Shown in pieces: positions 24,039 to 31,869 of a stretch of DNA of 31,869 bases. Under the pieces are notes generated by a model that saw nothing but the letters and a program-made list of their open reading frames with translations, made no database searches and was not told the DNA's origin. The translations under genes were made by a program, and so were the position numbers. Every line of letters starts with the position of its first letter. Within the stretch, counting starts at the first letter, position 1. Source of the stretch: Verrucomicrobiia bacterium (GTDB lineage: Bacteria; Verrucomicrobiota; Verrucomicrobiia; Limisphaerales; BOG-1460); assembly GCA_035648815.1 (NCBI GenBank), contig DASRKU010000372.1, positions 1 through 31,869 of the forward strand, given 5' to 3'.

Positions 24039-27000
24039 CTACGGCGATGGTAACAGCGCAACGCGGTAGAACCGCCTCTGATCTGGTCCAATGAAATCCG
24101 AGGCGGACGCGGTGCTCTTGATGGCAGTGACAGGGCTGCCCAAATCGAGCCAATTAGGGGGATTCAGATCAGTGGTATATTGCACCTGGTAGGTGTGGTT
24201 GGATACGGCTGCCCAGGTAAAACTCAAATAACCATTCGTAGCCGTAACGGCAAGGAGGTTCGGCGCCGGCATGGCCACCGTCAGCGTCGCAACACTGCTC
24301 GTAACGCTCCCGTACGAATTGGCGACGATGACCGTGTAGTTGCCCGCGGCGCTCGCTGTGACATTGTTAAGCTTCAGCATGGGATAACTGGCAAATAGCG
24401 TAACTTCCCGCACGCGGTTGTTGAACATATCCGCAATAAACAAGTTACGCCAACTGTCCAGGCCCACGCCGTAAGGCCCGCTCAGGCTCGCCATGGTGGC
24501 CGCGCCCCCATCGCCGGAATAACCAATGGCGCCGCTGCCCGCCACCGTCGTGATGAAACCGTCGGTATCGATTTTTCGGATAAGGTTGTTCTGTTGGTCC
24601 GCGAAGAAGAGATTACCATAACCATCCGAGGCCACCATCGCAGGATAATTCAGGGTGGCGGCAACAGCCAGGCCACCATCGCCGTAATAGCCAATACCGC
24701 CGTTGCCTGCCACGGTTGTTATAACGCCGTTCGTATCCACTTCACGGATGCGTTGGTTGCTTGTATCCGAAATGTACAATTGGCCCAACGTTCCCACCGC
24801 GACGCTGTAAGCCCCGCTCAAACTCGCGTTGGTCGCTGCGCCGCCATCGCCGGAATAGCCGGGATTGCCATTTCCGGCCACGGTCGTGATAACACCGTTG
24901 CCGTCAACTTTGCGGATGACATTGTTGGCCCAGTCGGCGATGAACAGATTGCCGGACAGGTCCAGGGTGACGCCTTCAGGGTAATTCAGGCTGGCATCGG
25001 TGGCTGGACCGCCGTCGCCGGAATAGCCGGGACTGCCATTGCCGGCGATCGTCGTGATCATGCCGTTCGTGTCCACTTTGCGGATGACGTGGTTGGCCGA
25101 GTCCGCAATGAACAGATTGCCCGAGGCATCCAAGGCGACTCCGTCAGGGTAAGCCAGAGCGGCATTGGTGGCTGGACCCCCGTCGCCGGAATAACCGGCA
25201 CTACCATTCCCCGCCACGGTCGTAATGATACCGTTGGGAGTTACTTTGCGGATAACGCTGTTCTGCTCGTCGGCGATAAACGCGTTATCGGACGCATCCA
25301 TAGTCACGGCCGTAGGCGAATTAAGGCCGGCATTTGCGGCGGTATCGCCGTCGCCGGAATAGCTGGCGCTGCCGTTGCCCGCCATCGTGGTAATGATTCC
25401 GTTGGGCAGATTGGTGCCATTCAATTGCCATTGATAGCTGAATGGGCCGGTTCCAAACACTCCCATGCTGAAGAGTGCTGTTCCTCCCGGCACGACATTC
25501 AGATTGGTCGGGTCTGCGCTGATCAAAGGCGGGGAATTCACGGTCAGCGTGGCGACGCTGCTGGTGACGCTTCCATAGGTGTTGGTAATGACACAGAAGA
25601 ACTGACTTCCTGAATCACTGAGTTGCGCATTGTTCGTCGTATAACTGGAATTGGTGGCTGACGCGATGTTCTGGTTATTCCGATACCATGCGTAACCGAA
25701 AGGTTCGATTCCGGCGGCGGTCACGCTGAATGTAACACTGCTGCCCGCAAGGACGCTTTGGCTGGCGGGCTGAGTGGTAATCAGCGGCAATAGCGTGACG
25801 GCTCCCGGCACGACGAAGAGAGTAATGCTCTGGGCCGGGACCGTTGTGGTCAGAGAATTTCCCGTGACGGTCAGATTGCTCAGGTGGCTGATGATGTTGG
25901 TCGAAGTGAGCTGCCAAACCTGAGCGGGGCCCGTACTTGCAAAATTGGTGAGGTTCAACGTCACCGTCGCGGTCGCGGTCAACTGCTTGTTGATGACCAT
26001 CACTGTCATGGCTCCGTCGCTGGAGCGCAGGGCGGCGAACGAGGAGACGGAATCCACATTGACGGATACAGTGTCCAGGATGCTGGTATTGCCGAACGTG
26101 GATTTGCTGCCGTCGTAGTTGCGGTACATCTTTATCGCCTTGTAAGTGGGAGTGCTGGCCGCGGGTGTTGTCCAGCGCGTTGCCAGGTCCAGTCCTTCGC
26201 GGCCGAAGATGCCCAGAATATCCGCCTGGGCAGTCGCGCCGTTGATATAGCCTTCCGCACCCCAGTTATACTCGGTGATGCCGATCTTTGTGCCCGGGTA
26301 ATAGGTGGCTACCCAGTTCTTCATGCGAGGGACCAGCATGATGATGCTGTTGATCCAACTGGGGTCCGTGTAACCCGTATCCCAGAACACGCGGGTGGTC
26401 TGATTGCGGAGAAGCGAAGTCGGCGTAGTGACATCAGAGCTGCTTCCCACGTTGCCCTCCTGGGGATAACAATGCAGGGTGAAGTAATCCAGCAACCGTT
26501 GCCCCGTGACGGCGTCGTGCTGGCGGAGTTGATCCAACAGCCAGGGGCAATAGTCCTTGCCGCCGTGATTGGCGCGGTCGTGGCCGCCGCTATTCTGCAA
26601 GTCGTAACCGCTGTTCAAATAGCCGTTCCAGCCCCACTCTTCGGGCGCAAGAACCAGTGCGTTTGGATCCGTGGCTTTCACGAGGCTGGCATTGGTCACG
26701 ATAGCGCCGAGGATCTCCTGCATCGTCGGCCCCATGGGATGGACGTCACGGTGTGTTTGAAACCAAATGCTGTGCTCGTTATCCATGAGGTAATACTTGA
26801 CGCCGCCGTTTGTGGAAGCCCCCCATCGATTCGTGATGTGCTGCAGCCATCCCGCCTGGAAATTGGAGTTGGTTGCAAAATTCGCGTCGTTCGGGTTGTT
26901 TACAATGTACGGATTTCCCGAAGCGGTGCTGATGCCGTTGCCGGCATCGGTCCAGGAGGAGTCTACCGCTGTTTGGGCCCCGTATTTGGCGACGGAAAAG

Positions 27001-27486
27001 CTGGCCAGCTTCGCGCGCCCGGACCCCAGTTTGCAGGCCCATCCAATCATGGGAATCGTGATCATTGGGTCGGCTGCCCCGGTCTTGCTGCGACTGATGA
27101 AGGTGTCAGCGTTTGCGCCGGCCGTTCCCGAGCCGTCGCCGATGCTCTCGAAATACCAATCGTTTCCGCGGTTATGCGCGTCGATCAGCCAATTGTAGCG
27201 GGTCTCGGCGTTGCCGCCCGACCGGTTCAATGGACAATTCAAGTCCGTGAGCTGGCTGGAGGAACCCGCAAAGGCCACTCCGTAAATCAATGGGCTGATG
27301 GCGTGCTGGTTTTGGCGCGCGTCGATGCCGACCGTACGGAGTGCTCTGGGCGGCCGCCCGGCAGAGCATCACGGACAGCAGGAGGAAACCCGACCAGCGC
27401 CGCACCCGCGCGACTCGGTGGACGGAAAGAGAGAGGTTGGAGTCGGAAGAGAGGCGCCCTGGGGAGGCGGAGTCGACAGCTTTCAT
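24039..27486 (-). CDS. Secreted GH44 endoglucanase/xyloglucanase with Ig domains, six NHL repeats and a C-terminal RFYR domain; +1 frameshift near 27335 (pseudogene or sequencing error)
   Basis: ISPLIYGVAF, RSGGNAETRYNW, YYLMDNEHSIW (acid/base), LAPEEWGW, IGITEYNWG (nucleophile), GLDLATRW. The signal peptide from ATG 27486 lies in a different frame from TVGIDARQNQHAISPLIYG; the span is 3448 nt (3n+1). Confidence 0.85.
24399..25400 (-). repeat. Six tandem 56-aa (168-bp) NHL repeats, predicted six-bladed beta-propeller
   Basis: cgccg(g/t)aata recurs at 24512, 24680, 24848, 25016, 25184 and 25352; protein unit G-x-G-x-x-GYSGDGGxAxxAxLxxPxGVxxDxxGNLFIADxxNxxIRKVDxxGxITTVA. Confidence 0.9.
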
Positions 27487-27659
27487 GATGCAAGTCTCGG
27501 GGGCTTCTGCAAAAACCAGTTGGCCAACTGAAGTTGATCGTATCAGCATTAGGGCTGAAAAAAACAGAGAATTCTTCGCTCGTGCACCCTGGCAGGCATA
27601 CGAAGAATCCGTAATTCCCCCGGTACCGGATCAACGTGAGGCGGCGGTTGACCACTTTG

Positions 27660-27890
27660 TCAACGGTTCGGGTATCCATGAGCGAGCAGCGCGACAGGAT
27701 GAGGTCCGGTCCCGGCAGGATTGAACTTGAGCGAAGGAGTGTCCCCGGCGAGCGTCACTTTCTTGACATGAACGCCGGGTTCGAGGCAATGCGAAAGCAC
27801 CGCCCCGGTGACAAAACAAACGAGAGCTGCCGCTGTGATGCGCCACGGGTTCCTGTCTAGAGCATTTCTGATTCTGGTTATGGTCGCCAT
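27660..27890 (-). pseudogene. 5' fragment of a membrane-anchored alpha/beta hydrolase, truncated just after the oxyanion LAHG motif
   Basis: N-terminal hydrophobic anchor, then EPGVHVKKVTLAGDTPSLKFNPAGTGPHPVALLAHG, then YPNR-stop; no GxSxG or catalytic residues follow. Confidence 0.6.
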
Positions 27891-28019
27891 CGGCGCGATG
27901 TTCTTGCTATGGCAGGTCTGCCAGGATTATTCAGGCACGGTCTCAAGCTATCATCCAACCGTTATGGCTGATTACGGACAAATTGAAAGCCCGAAGCTGA
28001 GCAAATAATCCTTTCGGCT

Positions 28020-28214
28020 TCAGCGCGGCGTGGCCATTGCCCCGGTTGAGGTGAACGAAGCCCCTTGCGCCTGCACGAGGAACAAGAGACCGCAGGCTGA
28101 CATGAGGATTGAAATCCGGTTCGTGCAGCCTAAAGTCGATCGTCAAAGAGGGGGGCGCTCAGACGGGGCAGCCGATAAGCTGGAACGACCCCATTTCCAA
28201 TGGGCGAGTTTCAT
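28020..28214 (-). pseudogene. 5' remnant of a secreted kelch-repeat-like protein, with an internal stop
   Basis: One frame reads MKLAHWKWGRSSLSAAPSERPPL*RSTLGCTNRISILMSACGLLFLVQAQGASFTSTGAMATPR*: a signal peptide plus the TGxMxTxR start of a kelch blade. Confidence 0.4.
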
Positions 28215-28411
28215 GACTCGCCGCGCAAAGCTGGCCTGTGTTCATGGATGTTGCAGTCGATAGAACATGGCCGGATTTGTCGCGCACGCCTGGGAACTGT
28301 TGACTTGAAGCCGCTGTACGAGGTTGCGGACGAGAGTTACTGCGTGTATTTCACTCAATCCACATAATTGGAGCTGATGTAGCAAGGGCAACAGGTTGTC
28401 TTTCTTTAATC

Positions 28412-28439
28412 TTGACGAACCCGGGGGGGCAAATAGTTT
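28412..28439 (+). promoter_or_regulatory. Putative sigma70-type promoter for the 28527 gene
   Basis: TTGACG-16 nt-TAGTTT; the spacer contains G7 (28423-28429); AGAGG RBS at 28516-28520, 6 nt before the ATG. Confidence 0.4.
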
Positions 28440-28526
28440 GGTCCCCGAAATGGATCAAAGGAGGCAACTGCGGTGTGTCGGTCTCCTTTTGCACGGAACA
28501 ATATCAATTAGCTAAAGAGGTAAAAT

Positions 28527-29381
28527 ATGAAAAGAACGAGCTCCTTAATAACCGGTGTCATTATTGGAACCTTCGCCGCCGCATTCCTGCCGCACGTTGC
28601 CAGCGCGCAGCCGAGCGGAACCATCACAACCAACGTCTCCAGTCCCACTGATTTGGTTTGGGATGTCGGCACCGTGATCACCAGGATCTCGTTCGGTGTG
28701 ACCTTTCCGGGCAGCACCACGGTGAACATCTCCTATCCCGTGGTGGTTTCACAAAGCGGAGCCGGTGTGATCTCGGGAGGGGCGCCCAAGCCTGCCGCCA
28801 CATTGACCGTCCTTGGCGCCAGCTTTCCATTTTCAGGAGGCAAGTCCAAGGTGACTGGGACGATATCTTCCAACAATGGAAAAGGCCGCGCTCTAATACG
28901 AACCACCGTCTCCGGGTCCGTATCCGGGGTCGAGACTCGCCGGGTGAATGCAACCCACAATCTCATCGTCCGTTTTGACAACACGGCGCGGACGACCACG
29001 GGCACGGAAACCGACATGGTTACTATACATCCGCCAATCAGGACGGGCGAAGCCGTTGGTCACGGGTCGGTTCCCATCAACGAAGCTCCCAGTGCGTTCT
29101 TTGCGGGCAACGGCAACGGTTCCTGGACTTTGACCCTGAGCGGCATTACCTCCCTTGACAACAAAGTTTTGGGCTCGGCCACGGTGGTGCTGAATTCCGG
29201 GCGGTCCTTTAACTACACTGTTCACGGCTCGTTCTCTTCCTCCACCGGCAATTCCAAGCTGACGCTTACTGCAGGCGATAAATCAACCCGTGACTCTACA
29301 TTGCACGTCGTGTTGGATGGGAATGTTATCACAAGTATCCGAGGCGTCATCTCAGGGCAGTCGGTGAACGCCTCCTTCTGA
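28527..29381 (+). CDS. Hypothetical secreted Thr/Ser/Gly-rich beta-strand protein, 284 aa
   Basis: RBS, signal peptide MKRTSSLITGVIIGTFAAAFLPHVASA, alternating hydrophobic strands (SWTLTLSG, FNYTVHG, SKLTLTAG), no Cys. Confidence 0.8.
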   Translation: MKRTSSLITGVIIGTFAAAFLPHVASAQPSGTITTNVSSPTDLVWDVGTVITRISFGVTFPGSTTVNISYPVVVSQSGAGVISGGAPKPAATLTVLGASFPFSGGKSKVTGTISSNNGKGRALIRTTVSGSVSGVETRRVNATHNLIVRFDNTARTTTGTETDMVTIHPPIRTGEAVGHGSVPINEAPSAFFAGNGNGSWTLTLSGITSLDNKVLGSATVVLNSGRSFNYTVHGSFSSSTGNSKLTLTAGDKSTRDSTLHVVLDGNVITSIRGVISGQSVNASF

Positions 29382-29579
29382 CCCTCAGACCTCACCTTTC
29401 GGCGGGGGGGGGCGCAGGCACCCCCCTGGAGCCGGTGGTCGGCGTCCTCGCGTCGATTGCATTTCTTGTGGAGGCAGTCGCTTTTGGCAGCGGGCACCTA
29501 CGTCCATTCAATCGATACCTTCTCCAACCCTCTCAAGAGGAACCTGCGAAATCCCATCCCCTCTCATTCAATAATCCCC

Positions 29580-29597
29580 TTTTTGCGAAGCAAAAAA
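29580..29597. terminator. Possible bidirectional terminator between convergent genes
   Basis: tttttgc-gaa-gcaaaaaa inverted repeat with a c(GAA)g loop. Confidence 0.3.
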
Positions 29598-29684
29598 CTC
29601 TAGCAGCGTGGCCGCCTCTGCCCCACGCACTGTTCATCTCCACAGCACAGCATCACCCAGGGCACCCGAAAGTCCGACACGCTG

Positions 29685-31869
29685 CTAGCGCTGCATGTTG
29701 TCCAGGAACGAGCGGTCGCTGGCGGCTGGAATCCTCAGCGGATCTCCCCCTGGCGCCTGATTTCTCGACCAGCGAATGATTTGGGGATTAAAGGGCGGCC
29801 GACCGTTGTGCCGGTTCCACCAGGCGCCCCACGCCCGCCAATCGCTGCCGAAGTTCTGTCCGGTCAACCACACCAATGAAATCTGCGCCCACCAGCGACT
29901 GTTGGCGTTGTAGTGGTAAACCAAATGGCAAAGTTCGGGGACAGCGGACCGGTCGCCAATGATGCCCAGCGCCCGAATGGCCATCCACCGGTCGCGGTTG
30001 TCCTTTTGCCGGCGGTCGAAGGCAATCTCGCGCAGGGCGGGCAGCGCCGCCACGGAGTGCAAGGCAGCGAGCGTGTTAATGGCCCTGTAATACTCGGCGG
30101 AATGCGGCCCTTGAAGCTGGTCGATCGAACGCCGCTCCAGGGCAGCTCGCTTCTTGTAGGTCCAACCGTCAAAGGTGCGCGTGTCAAGTTCGTCGTGGAA
30201 CCGTCGATTGGTCCCGTCAACCACAATAAGTTGATCCCGGTCAAGCAACTGGCGCCAGGTCGGATCGAGGGCGGTTGAAGGCAGGCCAGGCGCAGATTCG
30301 GCCGCCGGCGGCGGTTCCCTCGAAGGAAGCGAAACTGCGGTCGGATTTGTCGAAGAGTTGGACCTGCCATCCGCGGTGACGACGGTTGGGGTCGATTGCG
30401 GCACCGGCGCGGCGGCCGACGAGAGGTCATTCTCCATGTGCGTCTGCACATCAGGTCTTCCGATTTCGGCTTGAGCACCCATTCCGCTCCCGGTCGCTGC
30501 CGGTTTGCCTCGTGAAAGTCCGAGCGCCAGCGCAATGACAACGAACACTCCCAGTGCGGATCCCAACGCCCACCGCCAGCTCCGCGTCGGCGTGCCAGCA
30601 ATCTCGAACGCGCTTCTCACCTCTTGACGCGTCAGGATCACCAACGCCCAGATGCCGATCGGGATGCCAAGCCAATACCAGGGCGGGAAAAGTATCGCCA
30701 GGACGGCCGCGGCGATCGCCCAACCGCGACCGCGCAGCCGGAACATATTCACGCCGCCCCGCAGCACCAACAGCGCGGGCGCGAGCATGAACAACACCAG
30801 GCAAACCCCGACCAGCCACCGCCAGCCGGGCGAAAAACGCAGTCCCCAGTCGCTCAGAAAACGTTCGAGGGTGGCCGTGGATGAATACAGCTTGAACGCC
30901 CCTGCCACCAGCAACCCCACGGCCGGTGCGGCAATCCTGGCGCCGCCGGCGGACGCGCCGACCGGCGGTGATGCCGGCTCCGCGCCCATCGCCGAAGCGA
31001 CACTGGGATTTGATGGATCTGCGCTTCGGCGCGTCCAGCGGGTGATTTTCCTCCCCTGCCCGTCCGGGAACGCTTTGCACAGGATCCGGATCCAATCAAC
31101 CATTGCCCAGATGCCCAACCCCCCCAACGTGACCAATTGCAGGAGCGCGGTTCGAGTCTTGCCCACATAAAAGCGGTGAGCGCCGAACATCCCGAGGAAG
31201 AATGCCAGCAGAAAGGCTGGCAGAATGAACTTGTCGCTGGTTGGGCTTGCGGCTCCAAAGGGAATGCAAGGCGGCGCGGCTCCGACCGCGTCGGCACCCG
31301 CGGCGGGTGAAAGGGCGCCGGCGATGGTCTTGACATCCGTTTTGATCTCGCTGGCCTGCTGGTAACGAAGCTCGGGATTCTTCTCCAATGCGCGCAGCAC
31401 CACCTCATCCAGGCGAACGTCAACTTGAACTTTCCGCGAGGGCGGCTCAAAAGGTTTGCCCGGCAGTTCCCCGGTGAGCATTTCGTAAAAGACCACGCCC
31501 AAGGAGTAGATGTCCGCGCGATGGTCCACCTCCCCGGGCCTGTCCGCCTGTTCCGGCGCCATGTATTTCGGCGTCCCCAGAACACCCTCCGCCGTCAGGC
31601 CGGAGGCGGCACCCGCGGCTGATCCCGCGGCCGGCTCGGGCCCGGCCGGGCTGCGCAAGAGACGCGCCACGCCGAAGTCGGCGATCTTCACCTTGCCTTC
31701 CTTGTCGAGCAGGATGTTTTCCGGTTTGATATCCCGGTGGACCACGCCGCGGTCGTGGGCGTATTGGAGCGCCTCACAGATCGGAGGCACGATGGCGAGC
31801 GCTTCTTCGGGCGAGAGGTGGCCGCCGCGGAGGAGCTCGCGCAAGTTCACGCCGTCCACAAACTCCATG
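29685..31869 (-). CDS. Hanks-type Ser/Thr protein kinase (5' end outside the window) with TM2 domain, further TM helices and a C-terminal HEAT-like repeat domain
   Basis: MEFVDG hinge, HRDIKPEN, DFG, GTPKYMAPE, DIYSLG; TM2 motif LLAFFLGMFGAHRFYVGK...TLGGLGIWAMVD; HEAT-like AINTLAAL...ALPAL, AIRALGIIGDRSAVPEL. Confidence 0.93.
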   Translation of the reverse strand, partial: MEFVDGVNLRELLRGGHLSPEEALAIVPPICEALQYAHDRGVVHRDIKPENILLDKEGKVKIADFGVARLLRSPAGPEPAAGSAAGAASGLTAEGVLGTPKYMAPEQADRPGEVDHRADIYSLGVVFYEMLTGELPGKPFEPPSRKVQVDVRLDEVVLRALEKNPELRYQQASEIKTDVKTIAGALSPAAGADAVGAAPPCIPFGAASPTSDKFILPAFLLAFFLGMFGAHRFYVGKTRTALLQLVTLGGLGIWAMVDWIRILCKAFPDGQGRKITRWTRRSADPSNPSVASAMGAEPASPPVGASAGGARIAAPAVGLLVAGAFKLYSSTATLERFLSDWGLRFSPGWRWLVGVCLVLFMLAPALLVLRGGVNMFRLRGRGWAIAAAVLAILFPPWYWLGIPIGIWALVILTRQEVRSAFEIAGTPTRSWRWALGSALGVFVVIALALGLSRGKPAATGSGMGAQAEIGRPDVQTHMENDLSSAAAPVPQSTPTVVTADGRSNSSTNPTAVSLPSREPPPAAESAPGLPSTALDPTWRQLLDRDQLIVVDGTNRRFHDELDTRTFDGWTYKKRAALERRSIDQLQGPHSAEYYRAINTLAALHSVAALPALREIAFDRRQKDNRDRWMAIRALGIIGDRSAVPELCHLVYHYNANSRWWAQISLVWLTGQNFGSDWRAWGAWWNRHNGRPPFNPQIIRWSRNQAPGGDPLRIPAASDRSFLDNMQR

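Noticed and set aside
24399-25400. Regularly spaced DNA repeats that could suggest a CRISPR-like array
   Set aside because: The period is 168 bp, in frame and degenerate at third positions, so these are coding NHL repeats; there are no cas genes.
27287-27679. 130-aa ORF MDTRTVDKVVNRR...
   Set aside because: It overlaps the GH44 leader in another frame and its start lies within the hydrolase stub; no recognisable family.
29404-29426. G9 and C6 runs forming a possible hairpin after the 28527 gene
   Set aside because: Imperfect stem, no U-tract, intergenic and downstream of the stop; no support for a terminator or phase-variation role.

Overview
GC-rich bacterial window. It is probably from Verrucomicrobiota (Pedosphaerales/Limisphaerales-like), which I infer from the PEP-CTERM protein, the Ig-rich secreted proteins and their C-terminal motifs. 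Left to right it holds: an RND efflux permease (plus the start of the next operon gene) divergent from a LysR regulator; a membrane protein/winged-HTH pair; an IS21 istB remnant; and a loose set of four secreted CAZymes (multimodular GH2, GH30, GH127-like, GH44). These are interspersed with a flavoredoxin, a predicted outer-membrane beta-barrel, rsgA, a PEP-CTERM protein, a 1094-aa membrane-anchored coiled-coil protein, a secreted beta-rich protein and a partial Ser/Thr kinase with TM2 and HEAT-like modules. I found no rRNA, tRNA, CRISPR array, intact transposon, prophage or recognisable defence system. The best candidate for an under-described system is a shared ~75-85 aa C-terminal domain (W...Y-x-VQ...L...NW...RFYR...SP) ending the two unrelated large secreted CAZymes, which behaves like a sorting/anchoring signal. 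Also notable are two nested domain insertions (a six-bladed NHL propeller inside an Ig domain, and a CBM60-like module inside a GATase-like domain), a +1 frameshift that separates the GH44 signal peptide from its body, and several deletion scars, including an rsgA 3' end that runs into the orphan tail of another GTPase. All family assignments come from motif recognition by eye; no database searches were run.
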